This document shows, in pieces, positions 1-9,222 of a stretch of 56,258 nucleotides of DNA (its first letter is position 1; every line of letters starts with the position of its first letter). The stretch covers positions 1 to 56,258 of the IMG/VR virus record IMGVR_UViG_3300046170_000034, one strand, 5' to 3'. The notes below the pieces were generated by a model. The model did no database searches. It was given only the letters and a program-made list of their open reading frames with translations, and was not told where the DNA came from. Source of the stretch: a virus. Lineage: Duplodnaviria > Caudoviricetes. The position numbers were made by a program, and so were the translations under genes.

Positions 1-35
1 TTGATAAATTCATTGGCATGTATTATTGTTTGGGT

Positions 36-1520
36 ATGAGCTTAGAACTAGACACGATCCCCGAAGACGACCTACGAGAAATGCTTCTGCTAGAAGAACA
101 GCTAAAGCGTTTGGAAACCCGCGACTTAGCGCGTGAAAGCTTTATGCACTACGTAAATCATGTCTACGATGGGTTCATAGTTGGTCGTCACCATAAAATC
201 ATTGCGGAAAAACTAGAAAGGATTGCTTCGGGTGACTTGAAGCGCCTGATAGTGAACATGCCGCCTCGACATTCCAAGTCAGAATTTGCGTCCTATTTGA
301 TGCCTTCGTGGTTCTTGGGTCGAAATCCTAAGTTAAAAATCATTCAGGCTACCATGAACACTGAACTTGCTGTAAGATTCGGTCGTAAAGTTCGTGACTT
401 GATCGCTGACCCTGTATATGCGGAAGTCTTTCCGAAAACGGACTTGAAACAGGATTCCCAAGCTGCTGGTCGGTGGGAGACTAGCGCGGGGGGTGAATAC
501 TTTGCCGCTGGGGTGGGCGCGGCAATGACTGGCCGTGGTGGCGATTTGATTATCATTGATGATCCGCACTCGGAGCAGGACGCATTATCGTCTACTGCCT
601 ACGATAGAACCTATGAGTGGTACACATCTGGTCCGCGACAGCGTCTTCAGCCGGGCGGCGCCATTATTATTGTTCAGACTAGGTGGTCAAAGAAGGATTT
701 GACTGGTCGGTTACTGCAAGCGCAGGGTAACGACATCATGTCTGACCAGTGGGAGGTCGTAGAATTTCCGGCCATCATGCCATCTGACCAGCCGTTATGG
801 CCAGAATTCTGGAAGAAGGAAGAATTATTAAAGGTCAAAGCTTCGTTGTCCCCGGGCAAATGGAATGCGCAGTGGCAACAGAATCCTGTGTCCGAAGAAA
901 CTGCGATGATAAAGCGCGAGTGGTGGCAGGAGTGGGAGCACGAAGATATTCCGAAGCTTGACTATATTATTCAGTCTTATGATACTGCGTTCAGCAAGAA
1001 AGAGACTGCTGACTACAGTGCGATAACTACATGGGGTGTGTTTGAGCCTCACAGCAACGGCGAGCAGCATTTGATTATGTTGGATGCTAAGAAGGGTCGT
1101 TGGAATTTTCCTGAACTCAAGACCATAGCACAGGAAGAATACGAGTATTGGGAACCGGATATGATGCTGATTGAGGCAAAAGCGTCTGGTACACCTTTGG
1201 CTGACGAGATGAGGTTACTGAACCTTCCTGTCCTGACATTTAGCCCCGGTCGTAAGAAGGGGGGCGGTGGAATGGATAAAACCACACGCATGCATATGGC
1301 TTCGCCTATATTTGAGGGTGGTAAGGTTTGGTATCCTGCTGGCAAGAGGTTTGCTGAAGACGTGATCGAGGAGGTTGCTTCTTTTCCTAATGGCGATCAT
1401 GATGACTTTTGTGATAGTATGACAATGGCTCTGATGCGTTTTCGCCAAGGGGGCTTTATTAGTTTGAACGGAGAAGAACTTGAGGACTGGGCACCGACGC
1501 GCAACAGGGAATATTACTAA
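36..1520 (+). CDS. terL: Terminase large subunit
   Basis: Walker A-like NMPPRHSKS, Walker B LIIIDDP, C-terminal RNase H-like nuclease motifs QSYDTAF and HDDFCDSMTMAL. ATG 36 chosen (ORF track starts in frame at 18). Confidence 0.96.
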   Translation: MSLELDTIPEDDLREMLLLEEQLKRLETRDLARESFMHYVNHVYDGFIVGRHHKIIAEKLERIASGDLKRLIVNMPPRHSKSEFASYLMPSWFLGRNPKLKIIQATMNTELAVRFGRKVRDLIADPVYAEVFPKTDLKQDSQAAGRWETSAGGEYFAAGVGAAMTGRGGDLIIIDDPHSEQDALSSTAYDRTYEWYTSGPRQRLQPGGAIIIVQTRWSKKDLTGRLLQAQGNDIMSDQWEVVEFPAIMPSDQPLWPEFWKKEELLKVKASLSPGKWNAQWQQNPVSEETAMIKREWWQEWEHEDIPKLDYIIQSYDTAFSKKETADYSAITTWGVFEPHSNGEQHLIMLDAKKGRWNFPELKTIAQEEYEYWEPDMMLIEAKASGTPLADEMRLLNLPVLTFSPGRKKGGGGMDKTTRMHMASPIFEGGKVWYPAGKRFAEDVIEEVASFPNGDHDDFCDSMTMALMRFRQGGFISLNGEELEDWAPTRNREYY

Positions 1521-1599
1521 GCCCAAGGTTCGGCTAGTTCCCAATCGGTTTTCAAAGATCTTGCTTCCTGAGAAGAAGAAACCCACGAGGATTGCGTAA
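1480..1599 (+). CDS. Putative small basic protein (39 aa) overlapping the terL 3' end
   Basis: GGAG followed by TTG at 1480. Reads LRTGHRRATGNITKPKVRLVPNRFSKILLPEKKKPTRIA*. Its TAA overlaps the next ATG (TAATG at 1597-1601). Below the ORF-track cutoff. Confidence 0.45.
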   Translation: MRTGHRRATGNITKPKVRLVPNRFSKILLPEKKKPTRIA

Positions 1600-3365
1600 T
1601 GGCACAACTCACACCTACTGAACAGCGTGCGTTATTTGCTCAAGGCTTTAAGAAGCGCATGGGTAACTTGGCTGGCGTGGGTGATCGGATTGCTACTGAC
1701 GTGCCGAAGATTGCTTCGGGGTTAGTAAAGGAAGAGATCTTTGGCTTGCCGGGTTTAGTTGGTGATTTAATCGTTCCGGCGATGAGTGCCACAGGACCGC
1801 TGGCTCTTGATCCTGCTGCCCAACAAGCTTCGGAAAAGTTTCAAGAAGAGTTTGGTGCTAGTGGTTTAGCCCAAAAGGCTGGCGTTGAGTTATCGGATGA
1901 GTTTCTGGATGCAGAGGGTAACGTGCGTCCGGAGATGATTGGTCGTCTTCTGGCACCCGGTGCCCTATACGCCAAGACCGCTGGCCTAGCTGGTCTTTTC
2001 AAACAAGCTGTTACAAAGACCAAGGCCCGAGGTTCGGGGATCGAGAAGAAGGGTACTGGAACCGCGCAGCTTGATTCTTCGCCCTCGGACCTTGAACCTT
2101 CAGACGAGATTATGGATTATGTTAGGCGTCAGCAAACTCCTGATGCTATTAAGGATCTTGTGAGTCCTGATGCTAGTGAGTCGGCTACTTACTTTTTGCA
2201 GGATGCCAGAAAGTCGGACGAACTTTTAGACACTGTATCGCCTGACACTCTTAGTGCTATTCAAGGTAAGTTAAAAGAAGATTCAAATATCTTTGTGGCA
2301 GATCATCTTGGTATAAAGGTAGAGGACCTGACTCCTGATACCCCTGTGACTGTGTATCGTGTTGGTGATATTAAAGAAGGCGAGGTTCAGTCTTTCAGTT
2401 TAGATTCAAATATTGGTCGTCAAACATTGCCGGGGCAGAGCCTGAGAGAGCGTCAGGGAAAAACTACTCAGGCTACGAACAAATACACCGTAAGAGCGGG
2501 GGATATTTTAGCGTCGCCTGAGTCAACGGTGCCGGGAATCTCAAGCTTAAATGAAAAAGAAATCTTAATAGATGGTTCTAGCGTTAAGTCTGTTGCACCA
2601 AAAAAAGACGTCCTCGAGGGCGAGGTTGTAGGTGGCAAGTCTGACAAGTACACAAAGCTACAGAAGCAGGCTGACGAAGCTCGAACCTCGGAACTTAGCG
2701 ACGCCAAGACTTTGCAGATGGAGATTCAGGGGGTAACTGATGCTTTTGACGTAGCGGCGGCGAAGAAGTTAGATGCTACGTTTGAGATGATAGGTCGTCA
2801 GATGGGCGAGGATGCGCCGTACACATCTAAAGATTTCACTGACAATGTGATTGACGAGTTCGAGGGTGCTATTGATCAGGGTATGAGCCGTGCTGATGCG
2901 TTGATAGATGCTGTTCGGGTAACTACGGACAATTACAACAGAACGTTTAACGCTGACTTGTTTAACACAGAAGACATTTTGTCTGATTTATCTAAGGGTA
3001 TAAACGAGGATTTTGGTTTTGATGCGGCGTTGGATGCTCGGCGTGCGGGGCAGGCCAACCGTGCGGCATTGGAACAGCAGTTGAAAAACGCTGAGTCTGT
3101 AACACGGCGTGCTGATGCGGCGGCTAGTCAGGCTGAGTTAGAGCGTTTGGCTGGAGTAACTGACGACATGACGCCTGACGAGGTGTTTCAGGCGATATCT
3201 AATTATGCAGGTAAGGATCAGGCTGGCATATCTGGTGCTGGCATACCGCAGCCGAAACGTCCACAGCTTCGGGTTATTAGTGACAACACCCCTGTAAAGA
3301 AGGCCGCTGGCGGCAAGGTTGACCTACGGTCTGGCATTGGTAACGTATTTAAGTTATATTCGTAA
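1599..3365 (+). CDS. Probable virion-associated protein with an ADP-ribosyltransferase-like domain
   Basis: 588 aa between terL and portal. VTVYRV...QSFSL...NEKEILID resembles the R-S-ExE ART signature. C-terminal KKAAGGKV motif. Confidence 0.6.
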   Translation: MAQLTPTEQRALFAQGFKKRMGNLAGVGDRIATDVPKIASGLVKEEIFGLPGLVGDLIVPAMSATGPLALDPAAQQASEKFQEEFGASGLAQKAGVELSDEFLDAEGNVRPEMIGRLLAPGALYAKTAGLAGLFKQAVTKTKARGSGIEKKGTGTAQLDSSPSDLEPSDEIMDYVRRQQTPDAIKDLVSPDASESATYFLQDARKSDELLDTVSPDTLSAIQGKLKEDSNIFVADHLGIKVEDLTPDTPVTVYRVGDIKEGEVQSFSLDSNIGRQTLPGQSLRERQGKTTQATNKYTVRAGDILASPESTVPGISSLNEKEILIDGSSVKSVAPKKDVLEGEVVGGKSDKYTKLQKQADEARTSELSDAKTLQMEIQGVTDAFDVAAAKKLDATFEMIGRQMGEDAPYTSKDFTDNVIDEFEGAIDQGMSRADALIDAVRVTTDNYNRTFNADLFNTEDILSDLSKGINEDFGFDAALDARRAGQANRAALEQQLKNAESVTRRADAAASQAELERLAGVTDDMTPDEVFQAISNYAGKDQAGISGAGIPQPKRPQLRVISDNTPVKKAAGGKVDLRSGIGNVFKLYS

Positions 3366-3387
3366 AAGATAAACAAGGAGCCTTTTA

Positions 3388-5772
3388 ATGGCACTACCAC
3401 CACAGATGGTTGACATGGCAATGGGCGCTGGCGGACCAGCGAACATGATGCCTGAAGAAATACAAGTAGAGTTACCTGCCGAGGATCAACTACCTGATGG
3501 CATAGAACTTGTGGGCGAAGAACAGGGGTTCGAGATCCAAACTGAGATGTACGATCACAGTGCTAATTTAGCCGAGGTTCTTGATGATTCCGAACTTGGT
3601 TCTTTGTCCTCGGACCTTCGTGACAAGGTTGACGATGATCGTGAGTCTCGGTCTGATTGGGAAGATGCCATATCGAGTGGTATGAAGCTACTGGGTGTTA
3701 ACTACGAGGAGCGTAGTGCTCCGTTCTTGGGTGCTAGTGGTGTTCACCATCCGTTACTTAGTGAGGCTGTTACGCAGTTTCAGGCGCAGGCATACAAAGA
3801 GATGATACCTGCTGGCGGACCTGTGAAGACGAACATAGCTGGCACACCTGACGCGGCTCGTGAAGATCAAGCCCAGCGTGTAAAAGATTTTATGAACTAT
3901 CAGGTTACGGAAGTGATGGAAGAGTTTGATCCTGACACGGATCAGATGTTGTTCTATCTACCGCTGACAGGTTCTACATTTAAGAAAGTATATCAGGACG
4001 CAGGCAAGGATCGTGCTGTATCCAAGTTCATTCCTGCTGATGATTTGATTGTACCTTATTCTGCATCTGACTTGGGCACTGCCGAGCGTGTGACACATGT
4101 TGTTCGCATGACTGAGAACGAGCTGCGCAAGATGCAGGTTGCGGGTGTTTATCGTGACATTGAACTACAGGCATCGGATGAGGAAGATGACAGACCTATT
4201 AAACAAACTGAAGATGAGCTTCAAGGCGTTCGTCCATCGTATTCGGATGACGTATATACCTTACTTGAAATCCACACTGACCTTGACCTTGATGGTTTTG
4301 AGGATATGGATCCGCAAGGCGAGCCAACTGGTATTAAGCTTCCCTACATCGTCACTCTGGACGATGCTTCGGGAAAGGTATTATCGATTGTGCGTAATTA
4401 TCGGGAAGTGGATCCCCTAAAGAAAAAGCGCCAATACTTCGTTCACTATAAGTTTTTGCCCGGCTTTGGCTTTTATGGCTTTGGTTTGTTGCATACAATA
4501 GGGGGTTTGTCTCGTGCCGCGACTTCGATTCTTAGACAACTCATCGATGCGGGGACGCTCTCTAATCTCCCTGCTGGTTTTAAAGCCCGTGGCGTTCGTA
4601 TTCGCAATGATGATGAACCGCTTAGTCCCGGCGAGTTTCGTGATATTGATGCTCCCGGTGGTGATCTTCGGAATGCTCTTATGCCCCTTCCATACAAGGA
4701 ACCTTCTGGGACACTTGCTCAATTACTGGGCGTTATCGTCGATTCAGGCCGGAGATTTGCACAGGTTGCAGACGCAAAAATTGCCGACGTCAACTCACAA
4801 GCCCCAGTCGGAACAACCGTTGCACTGATCGAGCAAGGCTCGAAGATCATATCAAGCATTCACAAGCGTTTGCACTATGCCCAGAAGCAAGAGTTCCGTT
4901 TGCTGGCGCAGGTATTCAGCGACAATCCAATGCCGTATCCATACTTTGTCGGGCAGAACATGCCTGCTGAGATTATGGCGCAGGACTTTGATGGTCGTGT
5001 TGATGTGTTGCCTGCCAGTGACCCGTCAATATTTTCTATGTCACAGCGTTTGTCGCTAGCACAGACACAGTTGCAGTTGGCTCAAGCCGCACCGCAGATG
5101 CATAACATGTACGAAGCCTATCGTCGTATGTACGATGCGTTGGATGTGAAGAACATCGACGGTATTCTGCCAGTGCCACAGCCGCCGCAACCTATTGATC
5201 CAGCTACAGAGAACGCAAACTCTGTAAAAGGTATGCCGCCACAGGCATTTCCACAACAGGATCATGAGTCACACATCATGGCGCACTCTATGTTCTTGTC
5301 GTCACCAGTTGCGTCTGCCAACCCGCAGGGTTTCTTGTTGTTGCAGGCTCACGTACAGGAGCACGTATCTATGCTGGCACGGGATCAGATCATGGCGTTC
5401 TTCGAGAATGCGGCGCAACAGGCGCAGGCACAAGGTGAGCCAGTTCCGCAGGTAGCTCCAGAAGTAATTGAGTCTGCTGTTGCCCAGCAGGTCACAGAGA
5501 TCATGAAGCAGATCATGCCTATGGTACAACCACCCCAGCAAGAGGATCCGTTGGTTGCGATCCGTCAGCAGGAGTTGCAGAACGATACGCAGGAAATACA
5601 GCGTAAGATGCAAAATGACTCTATGGACTTCCAGATTGATCAGGCCAAGCTACAGCAACAGTATGAACTGGCACAGCAACGCCAAGGATTGCAGGAGCAA
5701 ATAGCGGGTGATCGTAACGATGTTAATATCTATCGTATTAACACACAGGCGGCATTAAGTAAGGATCGGTAA
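3388..5772 (+). CDS. Portal protein (P22-like)
   Basis: 794 aa after terL, AAGGAG RBS. HPLLSEAVTQFQAQAY, FYGFGL and LRQLIDAGTLSN blocks; Q-rich coiled-coil C-terminal barrel. Confidence 0.9.
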   Translation: MALPPQMVDMAMGAGGPANMMPEEIQVELPAEDQLPDGIELVGEEQGFEIQTEMYDHSANLAEVLDDSELGSLSSDLRDKVDDDRESRSDWEDAISSGMKLLGVNYEERSAPFLGASGVHHPLLSEAVTQFQAQAYKEMIPAGGPVKTNIAGTPDAAREDQAQRVKDFMNYQVTEVMEEFDPDTDQMLFYLPLTGSTFKKVYQDAGKDRAVSKFIPADDLIVPYSASDLGTAERVTHVVRMTENELRKMQVAGVYRDIELQASDEEDDRPIKQTEDELQGVRPSYSDDVYTLLEIHTDLDLDGFEDMDPQGEPTGIKLPYIVTLDDASGKVLSIVRNYREVDPLKKKRQYFVHYKFLPGFGFYGFGLLHTIGGLSRAATSILRQLIDAGTLSNLPAGFKARGVRIRNDDEPLSPGEFRDIDAPGGDLRNALMPLPYKEPSGTLAQLLGVIVDSGRRFAQVADAKIADVNSQAPVGTTVALIEQGSKIISSIHKRLHYAQKQEFRLLAQVFSDNPMPYPYFVGQNMPAEIMAQDFDGRVDVLPASDPSIFSMSQRLSLAQTQLQLAQAAPQMHNMYEAYRRMYDALDVKNIDGILPVPQPPQPIDPATENANSVKGMPPQAFPQQDHESHIMAHSMFLSSPVASANPQGFLLLQAHVQEHVSMLARDQIMAFFENAAQQAQAQGEPVPQVAPEVIESAVAQQVTEIMKQIMPMVQPPQQEDPLVAIRQQELQNDTQEIQRKMQNDSMDFQIDQAKLQQQYELAQQRQGLQEQIAGDRNDVNIYRINTQAALSKDR

Positions 5773-5966
5773 TGTTTGAGGCTGTTGTATTAGCGTGTGC
5801 ACTTAACGTCGCTAATTCGTGCGTCAAATTTACGGATACATACGGTCCTTATACTACTAAAGAAGAGTGTGACATAAGAGTGGTTTACATGCTGGCTGAT
5901 ATAAGGCAGATGGCACCTGTTCCACATAGATATAAAGCTATGTGCGTGTATGGAGAGACAACATAA
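5772..5966 (+). CDS. Small hypothetical protein, hydrophobic N-terminus, 4 Cys
   Basis: TAATG coupling at both ends. Confidence 0.65.
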   Translation: MFEAVVLACALNVANSCVKFTDTYGPYTTKEECDIRVVYMLADIRQMAPVPHRYKAMCVYGETT

Positions 5967-6349
5967 TGATAGCGGCGTTGATAGGTCCTATATCTTCTTT
6001 AGCCAGTACATGGCTACAGGGTAAGGTCGAAGAGAAGAAGGCAGTGTCTGCAACCAAGGTTGCCAAGGCGCAGGCTGAAGCTGTTGTCATGCAGAAGAAA
6101 GCCACAGGCGAGATCGACTGGGATCTTGAGATGGCAAAAAGTAAAAGCAACTCGTGGGCTGACGAGTGGCTAGTAATTTTGTTTAGCATACCACTGATCT
6201 TGGCGTTTATTCCCGGTATGGAGGAGGTTGTCGCAAATGGCTTCGCCCAACTCAATTCAATGCCTGAATGGTATCAATATTCCTTGGGCGTTATCGTTGC
6301 CGCTTCTTTTGGTGTGCGTAGCGCAACTAAATTCTTCGGGAAGAAGTAG
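5966..6349 (+). CDS. Holin-like membrane protein (3TM/GTA-holin type)
   Basis: ATG 5966 overlaps the upstream stop. N-terminal amphipathic helix, SWADEW followed by TM segments, PEWYQY...ASFGVR, basic C-terminus. Confidence 0.7.
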   Translation: MIAALIGPISSLASTWLQGKVEEKKAVSATKVAKAQAEAVVMQKKATGEIDWDLEMAKSKSNSWADEWLVILFSIPLILAFIPGMEEVVANGFAQLNSMPEWYQYSLGVIVAASFGVRSATKFFGKK

Positions 6350-6406
6350 TGTATTACATGTGGGACATGAACAACAGAACAACGGAAGAGCAGGCGAGGA
6401 AGAATC

Positions 6407-6613
6407 GTGACAGAACTAACAATGGAAAGATTTCTACGGTGGAGGATACTACCTCGCTTTATGATGCTGATGATGTCGATATCAGCGTGGCGAGTAGTGG
6501 AGTGGTTCATGCTCCTGCCGGATCCGACGACACAGCAGTCGGCACTGGTAAGTGTAGTCACGGGGGCCATGACAGGTGCATTTGCGGTATGGTTGAACAC
6601 GGAAAAGAGTTAG
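6407..6613 (+). CDS. Small 2-TM membrane protein (holin-like)
   Basis: GAGG RBS and GTG start. ILPRFMMLMM...WFM.LPDPTTQQSALVSVVTGAMTGAFAVWL gives two hydrophobic helices. Confidence 0.7.
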   Translation: MTELTMERFLRWRILPRFMMLMMSISAWRVVEWFMLLPDPTTQQSALVSVVTGAMTGAFAVWLNTEKS

Positions 6614-6617
6614 TCTA

Positions 6618-6971
6618 ATGGCAAAACCTAGAGCAGCGCAGTTCGGAAAAGATATTGGTGTCTCGACTAGCGAGGCAAAACAGCTTATAAATAAAGGTAG
6701 AAGCCGCAGGGATGGTGGCTCCGTCATAATGGAGAATAACATGAACAAAATGAAATATGAAAAAGGCGGAGCAAGCAAGAAGCCGACCGTCCTACCAAAG
6801 TCAAAGCCAAGCAAAGGCGATATGAACGAAAGCAAAAGGGTAGCTCCTAGTCTTCGTGAGATCGAAGACGATGAAAAGGCTCCTAAAGTTAAGGCCAAGG
6901 ACGGTAAGTACATGTCTTGCCGTGGTATGGGTGCCGCTATTCAAGGTGGTAAGTTCGAAGGAACAAAGTAA
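6618..6971 (+). CDS. Small basic protein with repeated xxGG motifs
   Basis: K-rich; RRDGG, YEKGG and C-terminal CRGMGAAIQGGKF. Confidence 0.7.
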   Translation: MAKPRAAQFGKDIGVSTSEAKQLINKGRSRRDGGSVIMENNMNKMKYEKGGASKKPTVLPKSKPSKGDMNESKRVAPSLREIEDDEKAPKVKAKDGKYMSCRGMGAAIQGGKFEGTK

Positions 6972-8009
6972 ATGGATAGTCGCTTTGATGCCTATGGTGA
7001 TACTTCTGCTCCCGCTGACGCTAACGATGGTTTTTCAAACGCTAGTGTGCAAGGCGGTGATAATCGTAATGATCCAGCGACAGAGCAACAGCTAGGTATT
7101 GTTCGTAACGACCAAGGTCAAGTAACCAACCCCTATGGTAACGAGGGTTTCTTTTCTCGTGTTCTAGGCATCGACCCATCAAGTATCAGCTATAATAATC
7201 TTCTTGGACAGGGCACGCTGGAAGGAATAGCAAGCCTCAATGTCGATAGGTATAACAATCCTTATGCCAGCACTAATGTCCTGAACGCCCCAGTGGGTGG
7301 AAACCAAACCGCAGGTACTCTTCGCTCTGGTGTTTCGGCTGGTGACCCAACTCGTTTTGGTGAAGTACGCGCACAACGACAGCCTATGACTGGAACTGAG
7401 ATGACAGCCAGAGGTCTAGCTTCCTTATTTGGTGGCCCGATGATGGGGCCAGCGCTTATGAGTATGCGAGATGATCCCGTGGCCATTCAAGGTAGCCAGT
7501 TTTACGACCCAAAGCTTGACCCCGAAAGTGAACTGTACGAAGGCAGCGGAATGCTGGGGTCTTTGATGGCTCCGCTTACAGGTGGTGTAACAGCTAGTGA
7601 TGTGTCGAGCAATGTTTCACCTATGATGGAAAGAGTGAGGGATATGTTCAGCACAGGCTCAGACATATCTAAGCCTAACTTGAGCGTTGATATTGGCGCT
7701 GCGGGCTTGGGTGTAGATCCAATGAAAACTTTACCCGCGTTTGGATCTGAAAGAGAAGCTTATGGAGATCGCCTGTCTAAAGATCCAGCCATAGGTGATC
7801 AAGCGTTTTTAGACTACGAACTTATGTCTCCAGCACAGATGCTTGAAGCGAGTAAGGGCTTTATGAATCCTAAAGGCTCCGAAGAGTATGATCCCAACAG
7901 GCGCAGTATCACACCCACTTTTAAGAACCCAGACTTTGATCGGGGTGGTAGGACAATGGGTCTAGAATACAGTATTCCTCTTCAAGATTTATTCAATAGA
8001 GTAGTGTGA
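6972..8009 (+). CDS. Hypothetical protein (G/M-rich, possibly internal virion protein)
   Basis: 345-aa ORF directly abutting its neighbours in the late operon. Confidence 0.7.
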   Translation: MDSRFDAYGDTSAPADANDGFSNASVQGGDNRNDPATEQQLGIVRNDQGQVTNPYGNEGFFSRVLGIDPSSISYNNLLGQGTLEGIASLNVDRYNNPYASTNVLNAPVGGNQTAGTLRSGVSAGDPTRFGEVRAQRQPMTGTEMTARGLASLFGGPMMGPALMSMRDDPVAIQGSQFYDPKLDPESELYEGSGMLGSLMAPLTGGVTASDVSSNVSPMMERVRDMFSTGSDISKPNLSVDIGAAGLGVDPMKTLPAFGSEREAYGDRLSKDPAIGDQAFLDYELMSPAQMLEASKGFMNPKGSEEYDPNRRSITPTFKNPDFDRGGRTMGLEYSIPLQDLFNRVV

Positions 8010-8010
8010 C

Positions 8011-8538
8011 ATGAAAATAGAAATCAAACTAATCCCTGATGGATTGGACTTATCAAAAGAAATTCAAGATGGCACTCCTGTAGACAAGATGCAGGGGGAG
8101 TGCCCCGCCGCAACTCAAGACCTAGATTTAAATCTTGAGAACAGGCAGAACGCCATTGATGAGTATGGCTATGGCCCGTTAAATCCAAACCTTGATGACA
8201 CTGGCAAGAACGATAGTTTCTGGCAGAAGATAGCGGACACATTCAATGCATCCATAGAGGCCGCAAAAGATAGTCGTTGTGGTAACTGTGCTGCTTTTAA
8301 TCTAACGTCAAAGATAAAAGATTGCATTGCTGAAGGCATCGGCATGAATGATGGGACAGATCCATATGCATCTGTGGATGCGGGAGACATAGGCTACTGT
8401 CAATTCATAAAGTTCAAGTGCGCTTCCATGCGTGTTTGTAATGCTTGGGTTTCTGGTGGGCCAATAACTGATAGAAAGATAAATGGTAATGGTAATGATT
8501 ACGCGCCTGAAGAGGCTTTTGGCGGTTCTGTTAGCTAG
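8011..8538 (+). CDS. Cys-rich protein with HiPIP-like Cys pattern
   Basis: CGNCAAF...GYCQFIKFKCASMRVCNAW. Confidence 0.6.
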   Translation: MKIEIKLIPDGLDLSKEIQDGTPVDKMQGECPAATQDLDLNLENRQNAIDEYGYGPLNPNLDDTGKNDSFWQKIADTFNASIEAAKDSRCGNCAAFNLTSKIKDCIAEGIGMNDGTDPYASVDAGDIGYCQFIKFKCASMRVCNAWVSGGPITDRKINGNGNDYAPEEAFGGSVS

Positions 8539-8602
8539 AATAATTAACCCCGTCCTTAACAGATGCGACTGCCAGCCAACACATTGTGACTGTGAGTAGT
8601 TA

Positions 8603-8812
8603 ATGGATGCTATACAATTTATAACAAGGTATAAAAGAACCTTGCAGAATCGCGTGGATGACATTAGCATCTCCGTGACAAGCGGCGGAGTTTCCGATAT
8701 GGAGACTTACCGTTCTATGATAGGTGAGATTCAGGGACTTACCTATGCGTTAGATGAACTTCAAACCCTGCTAAAAAAGGATGATTATGACGAAGACCCT
8801 ATTCGTACCTGA
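8603..8812 (+). CDS. Hypothetical protein upstream of GroES
   Basis: 69-aa helical ORF (YRSMIGEIQGL) overlapping the groES start. Confidence 0.7.
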   Translation: MDAIQFITRYKRTLQNRVDDISISVTSGGVSDMETYRSMIGEIQGLTYALDELQTLLKKDDYDEDPIRT

Positions 8813-9221
8813 CCATATTATGCGGCAACAGCGAGCTAAGAAAAAAGCTGAAGAAGAAGCCAAACAAAAACCCCTTACAGAAAGAATCCCACAGCCAACA
8901 GGTTGGCGCATACTCGTCATGCCGTATAAAGGCAAAGACGTTTCTGAGGGCGGTGTTATCATACCAGATCAAGCAAAAGACCGAGAAGCACGGGGCACTG
9001 TTGTAGCCTATGTGGTTAAGGTTGGTCCGCTTGCGTATCAAGATCCCGACAAATTCGGTGCGGAATCCGAACCTTGGTGTAAAGAAGGTGATTGGATTTG
9101 TATTGGTCGGTATTCCGGGTCTCGCTTTAATATAGAAGGCGGTGAGGTTCGCATCATCAATGACGATGAGGTCATTGCAACCATTGTCGATCCAGACGAC
9201 ATAAAGACATACGGAGCGTAG
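8787..9221 (+). CDS. groES: Co-chaperonin GroES (Cpn10)
   Basis: PTGWRILV, mobile loop SEGGVIIPD, VVKVGP, KEGDWI..GRYSG, RIINDDEVIA. Confidence 0.9.
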   Translation: MTKTLFVPDHIMRQQRAKKKAEEEAKQKPLTERIPQPTGWRILVMPYKGKDVSEGGVIIPDQAKDREARGTVVAYVVKVGPLAYQDPDKFGAESEPWCKEGDWICIGRYSGSRFNIEGGEVRIINDDEVIATIVDPDDIKTYGA

Positions 9222-9222
9222 T

